Position numbers and translations under genes: made by a program. From Neovahlkampfia damariscottae (lineage: Eukaryota), in assembly GCA_016618085.1 (NCBI GenBank), contig JABLTG010000117.1, forward strand, positions 1 to 64,000: 64,000 bases of DNA, given 5' to 3'. Below the pieces are notes generated by a model. It was not told the origin of the DNA and made no database searches. It was given only the letters and a program-made list of their open reading frames with translations. This document shows positions 1 through 12,800 of the stretch, piece after piece (positions within the stretch are counted from its first letter, which is position 1; every line of letters starts with the position of its first letter).

Positions 1-483
1 GCATTTCATAAAAGTGTTTCCAAAGATCTTTGTGAAAATAATGATGAAATTTTGATTTCAAAATTTCCAGTCAAAGGAATGATTAAAAAATGGGAAAGAA
101 AAATTCATAGTACAACAGTGAGAAAAAATGCTTCATTGGTCTCATTTTCAATTTCGTCAAACACTAAAACATCTTGCTCAAAAAGATTCTGTTCAAGTAC
201 ATGAAGTTTCAGAACATTATACCAGTTGTACATGTGGATCATGTGGAAAAATAGATTGGAAACTTGGAAAAAAAGATCATTTCAATTGTAAATATTGTAA
301 TTTTTCTCTTCCAAGAGATTATAATGGAGCAAGAAATATATTTCTGATGAATATACAAAATTTTATTGGAAATCCAAAAACTGCCAGTACTGCTGGCGAC
401 GGTCCTATCCCGAAAGAAATCTTGATTTTAATGTCTGGTCTGATTAATCAGAATGAACGGAAAAGTCAGTTTTAAGATAGCGG
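1..483 (+). mobile_element. 3' end of a Fanzor2 (IS607-TnpB-derived) element; RuvC/Zn-finger C-terminus, cut by the window start, with a 1-nt frameshift
   Basis: Frame 1 from base 1 gives FHKSVSKDLCENNDEILISKFPVKGMIKKWERKIHSTTVRK and joins ORF 128-475 (MLHWSHFQFRQTL...VSEHYTSCTCGSCG...CKYC...RDYNGARNI) across one extra A in the A6 run at 123-128. CxxC...CxxC finger, RuvC-III D in RDYNGARN and relocated catalytic E in EHYTS are typical of Fanzor2/IS607 TnpB. The right end is inferred at ...GATAGCGG (483). Confidence 0.88.
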
Positions 484-503
484 TTCACAATGAGAAATCT
501 ATT
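375..503 (+). ncRNA. Candidate Fanzor omegaRNA (scaffold ~375-483, guide ~484-503)
   Basis: GC-richer structured segment overlapping the ORF end: GCCAG/CTGGC stem (383-397), palindrome TCTGATTAATCAGA (439-452) and CTATC (405-409) complementary to GATAG (476-480). Its position matches TnpB/Fanzor omegaRNAs. Boundaries are inferred. Confidence 0.55.
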
Positions 504-1125
504 TTAACATCATTTAAAAAAAGAATTGCATTTAGAAATGTTGAATTGGTTCAAGATAAAATAGATGATGATGGTAATTATGAATTCTATTTAAAAGTGA
601 ATGGTATTCCAATTTACTCAAAAGGTGCAAATTTCATTCCAATGGATTCATTTGAAAGACAATCTAATGAATATATTAATAGATTAATTCAAAATGCAAT
701 TGATGCAAATATGAATATACTTCGAATTTGGGGTGGTGGAATTTATCAATCAGAAGAATTCTACTCAAAATGTGATGAAAAAGGAATTTTGATTTGGCAA
801 GAATTTATGTTTGCTTTTTCATTATATCCTGTCAATAAGGAATTTATAGAGTATTAATTTCATAGAATAACTTATATTTTTTGAAAAGAAATGTTAGTTC
901 CCGTAGTTTTCAAAATCATTCATCAAGAAATCAACGAAACTACAATCAAATTTGATTTAATTGCTGATAATGTTGCACCTTACGTTTTCCTTGAAGTACT
1001 CTCTTTGAAAGATTTAGTGATAATGGATTTTTAATGTTGAAAGATGAAAAAAGAACATTTTTCTTTCATGGTTGGAAATCAATTGATGAAATGTGAACAT
1101 TGAAAATACAATCACAATCCATAGC
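484..1125 (+). pseudogene. GH2 beta-mannosidase remnant, interrupted by the Fanzor end, internally deleted and frameshifted
   Basis: FYLKVNGIPIYSKGANFIPMDSF...NMNILRIWGGGIYQSEEFYSKCDEKGILIWQEFMFA is the GH2 mannosidase core. It jumps at ~900 to C-terminal-type sequence (ADNVAPYVFLE, then FSDNGFLM in another frame). No N-terminus lies 3' of 483. Confidence 0.85.
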
Positions 1126-1278
1126 ATGAACCCAAAGAAATAAATTTCAAAGTTCCTTTCCATCGATACTTAGATTCAGTTCATGATGATTCTTGTCCTC
1201 TGTTTTCACATTTCTTGCTCACTTTGATTTTTCTACCAATCAAATTCATTTTTACTTCCAAACGAAATAGAAACCAAC

Positions 1279-2427
1279 ATGTCAGAAGAATCAGAATTTG
1301 TTATTTGTAGATCAAATGAATACATGAGAATAGGACCTATTTTTTCAGCTACATTTCACACTATATCCTTTGTTTCAACAATTTTAGTTTTGATTTCTTT
1401 GTTATACAAAAAAAGACAAACAACAAAGATAAATTCAAAACAAAAACTGTTTTCAAGTTTAATTCAAACATCAATTTTTTGTTTAATCCTAACAGATTTG
1501 ATTGCTGAAGTCACTTATCTACCAACTTTATTTTTTAATTTAAGATCATACTCTTCAGAATATGTAACAAAAACTGTTTTGACAGTTATGTGGATCGGCA
1601 GTCAATTGTCTGAATCTTTTGTTTTAGCAACTGGAATATGGGCATTTTTGATTTCTTTATGTATTTTCATTTGCTTAAGGTTTTTTTTTTTTTTTTAACA
1701 ATCAACATAGGATAACAAAAACCAATGAAGAAGAAATGGACTTTTGTGCTGAGGAATTGAAATATAGAACATTTTTTGTTCTATTGGGATGGGGTTTACC
1801 ACTTATTCATGCTGCTTTTTGGATAAATTCCAATTTAAGATTTCAGTATTTCTTTAAATGTATATAACTGCTTTTAGAGCTTGGCCACGTAATCCAGTTG
1901 AATATTTTTATGGTTCTTTGGTTTCCAATACATATCACACAACTTCCTATGTCTTAATTGAAACAGCTTCAACAACAATCAGAATTTTAATTTTCATACA
2001 AATCAGAAGTGTTCCTGTCTTTGATAAAAAATTTCAAAAAAAAATGAGATTCATTTTGACAAAAGTATTACTGTATACACTTCCTTTTACTATAACTTGC
2101 TTTTTTATCATATTGCTCAGAACATATACTGATATTGAAAGATTAGTCAATTTATCAACTGGAAACATGAGAAATATATTTTGCAGTTCTGATGCTTCTG
2201 TTGTATTTAGATCACTTCATGCAATCGTACACCCATTTAGAGGTGCAATGAACGCTTTGATTTATTGTGTGTTGTCAGAATGGTTTTTGGAAAAAATGAA
2301 AAAATTATGTTTTTGTACAAATGGATTGTCAATTCAAAAAAATGATTATGAAGATTCTAATAGCTTATATTTACCAAATAGACATCATTTTAGTTTTAAC
2401 AGCATGAATGAATTGGATGATGATTAA
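1279..2427 (+). CDS. 7TM GPCR-like protein (cAMP-receptor/GCR1-like), 3 exons
   Basis: Introns 1680-1710 (31 nt) and 1846-1877 (32 nt) join the ORFs in frame. Multiple hydrophobic helices with LGWGLPLI and HPFRGAMNALIY motifs. Confidence 0.7.
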
Positions 2428-2592
2428 ATATTATTTTGTATCAATCTATTGGTTTATTGAAACTATCACAAAGAATACTAAAGCGAGATTCTTTTTCGTT
2501 GAATTTGAAAATAAAAGGAGAAAGGTAGTTCTCCTGAAATAAGAGTGTTGTAAAAATCATCCAATCATTTCTTTCTTTCATCCAAGTGTCAA

Positions 2593-3982
2593 ATGTCTAT
2601 TGTTGCGTTTGATTTGGGCACAAGTTTCTGTAGGATTTCAAATTGGTGGGATGGTGATGAACCAAAAATTATCTACACAATGCCAAGTGTAGTTTCATTT
2701 AAAGATGGAAAGTTTTTTTTTGGTAAAAAAGCAGAATCATTAGCAATAGAAAATCCTTCAAACACAATTTATGAAATAAAAAGAGTATTAGGTATGCAAT
2801 TTGGAGGTGAAACTGATAGAGAAAAAAAAGAAATGACTTTTCACCAAACAATTTGGCCTTTTTCACTTGAAAATTCTTCTAAAGGAACTTACCAAATTGT
2901 TTTGGAAAATGAAAAAAAAATAACGATAGAAGAGATTACTTCAATGATTTTAAAACATTTGAAAGAGGCTGCTGAAGATATTTTAGAGTTTCCAGTTGAA
3001 AATGTTGTCATTACAATTCCAAGTTTTTTTTTTTTTTTTTAACATTACTTAACAAGCTTATTTCGATAATATAAGCAGAGTAGCAACACAAGAAATAGCT
3101 AATTCATTAGGATTAAATGTTATTCGTTTGTTAACAGACACCAGTGCTGCTTCATTGACTTACAGCGTTGCTTCAAAAAATTCAAAATTAAAAAATGTGT
3201 TACTTTATTCTTTAGGTGGTGGTTCATGCTCAGTATCTGTATTTGAAATCATTGATGGGAAATTAACCACGAAATCTGCTTCTTCAAATCGTTTTGTTGG
3301 TGGAATTGATTTTGAAAATGAAATCATCAGATTATGTTGTGCAAAAGCTAAAGCTTTATTTGGAGAAGTCATAACATCCGACCGTTCTTCATTAATGAAA
3401 TTAAAAATAGAAGCTACCAAAGCAATGATTTCTCTTGATACAAATGAAAGTTATAAATTTCACATAAAGAATCTATTCCAAGGAAAGGATTTTGAATGGG
3501 AATTTAAAAGAGAAGTATTTGAAAAAGCAAACAAAAAAAAGTTTGATGAAGTTCTTCATCCAGTTTTAGACGCTATTCAAAACGCAAATATCCAAAAAAC
3601 AGATTTGAATGAAATTATTCTATTTGGAGGAGCAAGTAAAATTCCAAAGATTTTAGAGATTTTAGATGATTTCTTTGAAGGTGTGAAAATAGTTCAAATC
3701 GAAAATCCTTCTGATTATGTTTCAAAAGGAGCTGCAATACAAGGAGCAATTTTGGAATCGACAGTCGATGCTCCAAAAAAGCGAAATTTCGCACCAAAAA
3801 CACCTATAAATTCTCCTGCTCCAGATTCTGATGATGAAAAAAAACCAAGACGTAAAGCTCCAACATTGGACTCATCAGTGACCACAAAAACCACAACTTA
3901 TTCTCCAATTGAGAAAAAACAAAGCCTTTTCACTGATCAACAAGAAAAGAAAGAAAAATCATCGAATTGTTTGGTTTCTTAA
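2593..3982 (+). CDS. Hsp70-family ATPase-domain-only protein with C-terminal CaaX (CLVS), 2 exons
   Basis: AFDLGTS, NPSNTIYEIKRVLG, VVITIPTYF (after intron 3023-3056), SLGGGS, VGGIDF and FGGASKIP. No substrate-binding domain; low-complexity tail ends ...SSNCLVS. Confidence 0.85.
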
Positions 3983-4049
3983 TAAATTTATCCGATTTTT
4001 ATTTAATTTGATCTCCGATGGTTTCACCAATCAAGTTTCAAAAAAAAAG

Positions 4050-4934
4050 ATGAAAATCTTCATTGTTACAGGAGGAAACAAAGGAATTGGTGAAGCAATA
4101 ACAGAAAACTTAGCTCTAAATAATCCTGATGGTACAATTATTTTCACTTCAAGATCATTGGAAAATGGAAAAAAGACCTTAGAAGTGTTTAATAAAAAAA
4201 AGAAACTAAAAAATGTTTTTTTGGAACAATTAGACATTACAGTCAAAGACAGCATCAAACAATTTGTTGAAATATTCAAAACAAAATATAAAAAATTTGA
4301 CGTTCTTGTTAACAATGCAGGGTAAAAAAATAAAATTCCTAAGCTGTTAAAAAAAAGATGGGCATCACATGGGTCTTTGATTAACGAAGAAATAGCAAGA
4401 AAAACTGTTGATACTAATTACTATGGAACCAAAAATCTCACAATTTCTTTATTACCTTTTGCAAATAAAAATGGAAGAATTGTTAATGTTACATCAATAG
4501 CAGGTGTTTTAGGTGATAAATATTCAAAAGATTTGAAAGATAAATTCTTAAAAGAAGACCTGACATTTGAAGAATTAGATCAAATTGTCGAAACATTCGT
4601 GAAAGGAGTGAGAGATGAAAACTATGTTAAACTTGGATTCCCAAAATCAACTTATATGGTCAGTAAAGCAGCTGAAAACTCATTGACCAGAATTTTATCA
4701 AATTTGTACAAAAAAGATGATAGAAATTTAACTTTCAATGGTAATTTTTCGTTTCTCCATTTAATCTTGTTAATAGCTTGTTGCCCTGGATATGTTGCAA
4801 CTGACATGTCCAGCTTCACAGGGAATAAAACACCAAAAGAAGGAGCCATTACGCCATGTTGGTTGGCGACTTCTGATGATGTGAAAGATGAAAATGGAAA
4901 ATTCTTCTCGGACAAAAAATTAAAAACCTATTAA
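4050..4934 (+). CDS. Short-chain dehydrogenase/carbonyl reductase (CBR1-like), 3 exons
   Basis: VTGGNKGIG, LVNNAG, YMVSK (YxxxK) and CCPGYVATDM. Introns 4322-4357 and 4741-4776. Confidence 0.9.
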
Positions 4935-5022
4935 TGAAGTCATTTGCATTCTTCAATACTGTACATCTTCATTATTAACTATTTTGTTGTCGGTGTTCAA
5001 AAAAAAGTTGAATTTTTATTTT

Positions 5023-6428
5023 CTACATTAAATTGTCTTCCATCTCTTTTCTGCATTTAACAGTACCTGTTTTTGGATCATATACTCTTACTTCTTTCAT
5101 GTATTGTTTTCCTGATAAAATATTATTCATCAATTCTTCAATGTTATGATAGATTGTCCATTCATCGCGATTTTCTTTTTGAAATTCAACAATAACATCA
5201 AAAAGAGGCTTGTATTTTAATCTTCTCTGAATCTTTTCTTTTGATCCTGATAGTTGCATTGATTTTTCACCCATAATTACTGATTCAATTCCACCAACCA
5301 ATCCCATGATGGTTTGATTTTTTTCTAAATTCTGTACTGTTCCATGTGCTGAAGCATACAAAATAATTCCTCTTTGAGAGCATTCTTTAGTTGCAAATAC
5401 TTCGAATTGAGTTCCAATTTCATCAATTATCAATGCTTCTGGTGTGTGGTTTTGAATTGCTTCAATCATAATTTTTTCTTGATTCTTTGATTCTGGAATT
5501 TTCATTACTCTAGCTTCACCGATACTATGGTGTGGAGTGGAACCAAATCCAGATATTTCACTTGAAGAATCAACAATTATGGTTCTTGTTTTATCAGAAA
5601 TGTATCTTGCAATATCCCTGATAATACCTTTCAAATTGTGAATTAAAATTACAAAAATATACTAGTTTTTCCTGTTCCTGGAGGTCCTAAAAACAAAATT
5701 GATTTCTTTTGATCTAAAATATCTGCAATTATATTCGAAATGCCAATGATTGGTTTACCAACTCTCAAAGTAATTCCAATGATATCATTGGATTGTGATC
5801 TAATAACAGAGATTCTATGCAAATATCTATCGATTCCTGACCTATTATTTCCTAAAATTTCTAATGAATTTGTGACATTTTCAATATCCTCCATGGAAAC
5901 CACTTTTTCAGAAATTGTTTTTGGTGCAGATTGAAAAAAATGTGCTTTTGGAATTCTATTAAAATCCATTTCAATATCAATCAATTCCATTAAATTTTGA
6001 TCTGCAAAGAAATCAAAGTATTTCTCAGGTAAAATTTTAAGCAATTCTAATACTTCTTTTTCATCAATTTCAATTTTTTCAATTTGCAAATTTCTTGGTT
6101 CAAATGTTTCTTCTTTGATTTCAAATACTTGTTTAACTTGAGTATCTAATTTTTCAGTCGTTTGTTTTTTTTTTTCTTTTTTTTCTTTTTTTTTTTGTTT
6201 TTTCTTTTTATCATTTTCTGAGAGTTCAATTTTAACAGTTTCGTCAAAAAAAATGTTTCCTGATTTGCTCTTGAAACAATGGTGACTCTCAATGAATTTC
6301 TTCAACTCTTCATGACTTTTTAGTTTCTTTGTAAAACTTGGACCTAAATTCTCATAGATTTGTCCAACTGTCAATGGTTTTGCTGCTAATAATCTTGAAA
6401 TTTTTTTTCTAATCGTTTCGTCCTTCAT
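5023..6428 (-). CDS. Ycf45/SpoIIIAA-like AAA+ ATPase, 2 exons
   Basis: LHRIS, ITLRVG, GPPGTGKTS|IIRDIAR (intron 5628-5662), IVDSSSEISG, MIEAIQNHTPEALIIDEIGT and SAHG. Confidence 0.85.
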
Positions 6429-6827
6429 GTTTGTTTTGAAAGTGTTGAATTGGTTTTAAAAGATTTGATTGGATATGGAATTTAAAGGAAAAAATTAGAG
6501 TTGGAAATTTCCATGTTGATTGTAAAATTCCAAAGAAGTTCATTGAAAGAAGTTATTCTTGGAAACAATATGGAATCTAAAATTGAGACCATTTGAAATG
6601 AACCATATTTTTTTTTTGATCATTGTTCTAGTAACATTTTACGAAATCTTCAACACTGAAAAGGTACAATGATTAAAACCTTTAATACCGTCAGCGATTG
6701 AAACATCATGATAACTAAACCCAAATATTATGAACTTTTTTTTTGTCAAAATAGAAAATCTCTCATTGTTTGGAAACCTAACAAAAAAAGAATAAATTTT
6801 GAAGAAACTCATTTTTTTTATTTGAAT

Positions 6828-9800
6828 TTAATATGAAACTGAACAAATTTCATCAACAATTGATTGTGTTGCTTTTGCAAGATTTTCAAATTTAACAAGT
6901 AATGTTTGTGATGGATCATAATTCATTCCTTTGATAATATTCCAACCAAGTGAATTGTAGTTATTCATATCATTTCCTAATCCCATCGCAACTACTTTCC
7001 AATCAGCTGATGAACCTGATGATTTTTTCCATGAATTTACTTGGACTGCTCTTGGAACTGGTGAAGCACAAGGTTGACACATGTGATTTGGTGGATCCCA
7101 GTTACAAGATTTACATTGTGAACAAGGTGAAGAACCATAATAATCACATTTTGATGAACAACTACATGGACGATTAGCAACACCATCTGTTAATACAACA
7201 AGAACTTTTGGAATAGCTTTTCTTGTTCCAGTTCCATCATGCATTCCAATAGCTTTGTTTAATCCATCAAGTGTACCTGTCCAACCTCTTTGATGATTAT
7301 TTTTGAGATCATCAAATTTGTTTTTAATTGAATTTCCATAAGTTGACAATCCAAAGATTTCTGAACTGTAACTTCCATATTGAACTAAACCAACACGAAT
7401 ATCACCTGATTTAGCAGCATCAGCAGAGATAGCAATTGAGATATTTCTACTGAAATCAACTTGTGTTCTCCAATCATCCCATGACATTGATCCAGATGAA
7501 TCTAAAGCAAATACAACATCAACTTTTCCTGAACAAACACAGTTTTGGTATTTAACACTAACTGTTCCACAAACTTTATCGTTTGGAAGTTTATCAGCAT
7601 GAACGCAATATTTGAATTTGTTTTCACGACATGAGTTTTGTTTATATGAAACTGTGATATATCCAGATGATGGTGAATTTAAAGCAGGTTCTAATCCGTC
7701 AACACAATAGACACTATTGTCAAGTGTATTACAAGCAACAAGACTATCAAAAACAAGTGACATTCCAGCTGGAGCAACATCATTTTCTAATAAACTAGCA
7801 ATTGAAATAACTGCAGGTGTATTCATATCAACTTTAAATGAATCATCTCCAACTGTTGGTGAAACGTTACTGATTGAAAGATTGATTGTTCCTGATGATT
7901 GTTTTGAGTTGTCTTGATCATTATCTTTAACTACATAAGTTGCTGTTGTTGTTGATTTGAAATCATTTGCTGGGTTAAAAATAACTTTGTTTCCTGAAAT
8001 TGAAACTGTTCCTGCAGCATTATTAGCAATAGTAACTGAAACAAGTGAAAGAGAATCATCTGCATCTGGATCACTATCGTTAGCTAAAACATCAATTGTA
8101 TGTGAAGCATCATAAACTCTAATAGCTCCAAATGTATCAGTAACAGCAACTGGTGCTTTGTTGTTGATTGTAATTGTAACAGTTTGATAAGCTGATGTTA
8201 AAAGACCGTCTGAAACTCTATATTTGAATGTAAATGTTCCTGATCTTCTTGCCTTTGATGTAACTTTAACTGATGAAGAACTTAAAACAACAACTTCAGC
8301 TTTTGAGTAATCATTTGATGCATCTAATTGAACTGTAAGAGCATCTCCATTTGGATCTGAAGCTGAACCTTCTGTAAGGAGGTTATATGTATAAGCTGTT
8401 CTTTTATCAATTGTTTTTGAAAATCCTGTGCAAGTTGGTGCTTCATTTGTAACTGTGATTGTAATTTGTCCTGAAGCAGTTAATTGACCATCTGTAATAA
8501 CAAAATTGACAACATCAACACCACGGAATGATGAAGCTGGTTTATAATCGATTTTTCCAGCTGAAATGCTAACAGCAGCTCCATTTCCACTTGTGTATGA
8601 AATAGATTGAATTGAAAGTGAATCACCATCAGCATCTGAAGCAGCAGCAACAACATCAATTGTTTTAGTTGGGTTAGCTGTTGTTTTTGAGAATGAGAGT
8701 GTTTGATCAACAGCAACTGGTGGTGTATTGCTTACAGTGACTGAAACTGTTCCAATAGCTGATAATCCATAAGTATCTTTAACTTTGTATTTGAATGTTT
8801 CAACAACAGTTTTCTTAGCTCCATCTGTACCTGTATATGTGAGAGCAGCTTTTGGAGTATAAGTAACTGTAGATCCTGAAACACTAACTGTTCCTGATGT
8901 TGGATTTTGAGTGATTGAATCAAGTGAAAGTGGAGTGTTGTTTTCAGCATCATTATCATTTGTTAATGGTGTGATTGCAACACTATTTTTCCAGTGAGTA
9001 GCTGCAAAATCAGCAACTGCGTTTGGAGCACTGTTTGAAACTGTGATTGAAACTGTAGCAGTATTTGAATCTGACATACCATCAGTAGCGACATATGAAA
9101 TTGATTCTGATCCAACAAATCCAGCTGCAGGTGTATATGAAAGTTTGTTTCCAGATTTTGAAACTGAACCTGTTCCTGAATAACTGAATGATTTAATTGA
9201 AAGAGTTGCATCATATGTTGGTTGATCAGCATCTTTGTCATTAGCTAAAACATCAATTTCAACTGGAACTTGTGGAGCTTTTCCTGTAATTGAAAGTGTA
9301 TCATCAACAGCAACTGGAGCATTGTTATTAACATTAACAGTAACAAGTTTTGTAACTGTTTGAATGCCATCAGTAAGAGTATATGAAAATGAAACAGCTT
9401 TGTTTACGAAACTTGAAGGAGTGTTTGCAAGAAGTGTTGCACTTGTTGAAGTTTTTGATAAAGTACCAGCTGAAGTATCAGATAATGCAGAAACACTTGA
9501 AAGTGTAATTGAATCACCATCAGCATCAGTAGCACCTGCAACTAAATTCATTGCAAATCCAGCTTTGTGTTGAGTCCAATGAATGTTGAATGTTTGAGCT
9601 GAAGCAACAGGAGCATTGTTTTGAACATTAACTGTTGCTGTTTTAGTAACTTTTGCTAATCCATCTGTAACAACAAAGTTGAAAGAACATGCACCGAGAA
9701 CTGCAGGACTTTTATTCGTGAATGTGAGTTTTCCAGCAGATTCTGTAACTGTACCACAAGTTGGATTTACGTGACTGTCATAAACAACTGTATCTTCAGT

Positions 9801-12800
9801 ATCAGCATCAGCTGAACCAGTTAAAATTGCGAGTTCTTTTGAAGCAGTAGCCCAATGAAGTGTTGTTGAAATATCATTCGCAGTTGGAATTGCATTTGTA
9901 ACAGTAACTTGAACAGTGAGTTCAGTTGTTACTGAACCATCAGAATTTTTCATTTCAAGTTTAAATGTATCAGATCCAACAAATCCAGTGTTTGATTTGT
10001 AATTTACTCTGTAAACTCTAGCTGATGTATCATCAAGAACTTCAGCAGCTTCGAATGTAACTGTTCCAGAAGTTGGATTTGATGTAATAGATGTTAAGTG
10101 AAGAGTTTTTGAGTCAATTTGATCTTTAATATTTTCTGTGACAAAATAAACTTTTCCAGTTGATGATGATTGTTTCCAGTGAGTTGTGTATGTTTTGAAT
10201 GATAAAGTAGCTTCAAGTAAATCAATTGAAATTGTTGCTTCAGTTGATTCATCAAGACCATCTGTTAATTTGTATTTGATTGTATCAATTCCGACTTGTC
10301 CATCAGTTGGTGTATATTTGATTTGTGTGTTACCATTTTGAAGAACAGCTGAACCTTTTGTTGGAGCAGCAGTAATTGATTTAACAGTTAATTGTGAAGC
10401 ATCAGCTGAATCTGAATCTGATCCATCAGCAGCAACATTGAATGTAAGTCCAGCAGCAAAGTTTGCTGGATGGAGATAAACTGAATATGATTTTGCAACA
10501 GGAGCAGCATTTGTAATTGTGAATGAAACTGTTTTAACTGCACTGTCTAATCCATCAGAAATTGTTACTTGATATGAATCAAGTCCTTTATAAGCAGCTG
10601 ATTGAGCATAACTGAATGAAACACCTCCTGAACCATCTGTTGATTTTGTAGCAACACCATGAGCTGGAGATGAAGCAGTAACATCTAAAGAATCTCCGTC
10701 ACCATCAGTTCCTGAAGTTGTAACAGCTGAAATTGTTGGAGTTGTTCTCCAATGAATTGTGTGTGATTCATCTGAAGTTGATGGAACATTTTTGTTTGTA
10801 ACTGTAACTGTTACTGTAGCTGAAGCTTGTGCTGAACCATCTGTAATTGTATATTGGAATGTAACATCTCCTTTTGATGATCCATCAGGAATGTAAGTAA
10901 GAACATTTCCAGCTTGTGAAACTGATCCTTTAGTAGGAGCAACAAATGAAACAACTGAAAGTGCATCTAAGTCAGCATCAACATCATTATCTAAAACGTT
11001 GATTTGAACACCAGCAGCGTTTTTCCAATGAACAAATGCTGAGTCAGCATTAGCAACTGGAGCTGTGTTTGAAACTGTAACTGAAACAGTTGCAGTAGCA
11101 TCAGAATGTCCATCAGTAATTGTATATTGGAAGGTTTGAACACCAACAACTGATGTAGCAGTAAATTTGAGTTTTGATCCTTCAACAACAACAACACCAT
11201 TTGTTGGTTGAGTAATTGATTTGATTGTAATTGCATCACCATCAGCGTCTGAATCGTTAGCTAAAACGTCATAAACTTTTGCTGTGTTGAAGTGATGTCC
11301 TGTATAAGTATCATCAACAGCAACTGGAGCTGTGTTTGTAACACTAAGAGTAACTGTAGCAACATTTGATTCATCAATTCCATCAGAAACTTTATAAGTG
11401 AAAGAATCTGTTCCAACGAATGAAGCAGTAGGTGTATATGTGATTGTTTTTTTTGAGTTAACAGTGATTGTTCCACTTGTTGGATTTGAAGTAAAAACGA
11501 TTGATAAATCATCACCATTGAGATCACTATCATTAGCTAATACATCTAAAGTTTTTTGTGTATTCCATTTTAATGAAAAGTTATCATCAACTGCAACTGG
11601 AGCTGTATTTTTAACAACAATAGTAGCAGTTGCTTCATTTGAATCAAGTGAACCATCATTAGCTTTATATTTGAATGTATCAGTGTATGGAGCACCTGTT
11701 AAAGCAGTGTATTGAACTTTTCCACCAACAACTGAAATTGGAACTCCAGCAGCTGATTGAGCAGAAGAAAGTGTAATTGTAAGAGCATCACCATTTGCAT
11801 CTGAATCATTAGCTAAAACATCAAAAGCAGTTGTTGAACCTCTTTGAACTTCAAATGAATCATCAGCAGCAACAGGAGCAGTATTTGAAATTGAAACTGT
11901 AACTGAAGCAGTTGAAGTTAATGATTTTGAAGGATCATCTTGAATATCCATAACAGTGTATGTAAATGTAGCTGTTTGAATTGAATTTGCACCAGGTGTA
12001 AATTCAACACTACTATCGGATAAAACTGTAACTGAACCATCTGTTGGTTGTGTAACACTTTTAATTTTGAGTGCATCACCATTTGGATCATTATCGTTTG
12101 CGATTAAGTTGATTGTTTTTTTGACATTTTTTTCAGTTGAAGCAGTATCAGCAACAGCAACTGGAGCTGTATTGATAACATTAATGTTAACAATTCCAAC
12201 AGTTGATTTTTCACCATCACTAACTGTATATTGAAGAACATCAGTATAAAGTTTTCCAGTAGCTGGTGTATATGTTAAAGTGTATGTATTTTTTGTGTAT
12301 GTAATATCTTTATCAAAACCAGTTAAATATTGTGAAGTGACTTGTTGTGATTGACTTGAAAGTGAAAATGAACCTTGAGCAGGTGCTTGTGAAACTGAAA
12401 CTGTTAATGTTGTGAATGGATCTGCATCATCATATGTGATTGCAAGAACATTGTCTTTTGAGTTTTTAACAATATCAACATTGAGTGTACCAGCAGTTGG
12501 AGCTTGATTTTTAATTCCAATTGAAACAAATGATTGTGAAGATAAAACACCGTCTGAAATTGAATATTCAAAAACATCATTTGCAACTCCAGGAACTGGA
12601 TAGTAATCAACAGTTTTTTTATCAGCTGAAATTTCAACATAACCAACTTGACTGTTTACACTTGTGATTGTAAGATCATCACCATTTGCATCTACATCAT
12701 TTGCTAATAAATCTAATCCTTTTAAGATAACATTTTTTGGTTGATCAACAAATGAATCTGGGTTAGCAACTGGTGGTTCGTTTGTAACGTAATATGAAAG

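Noticed and set aside
453..483. ATG 453 as the start of the mannosidase ORF
   Set aside because: The first 10 codons lie in the inferred Fanzor end, and the GH2 N-terminal domains are absent, so this is a chance fusion.
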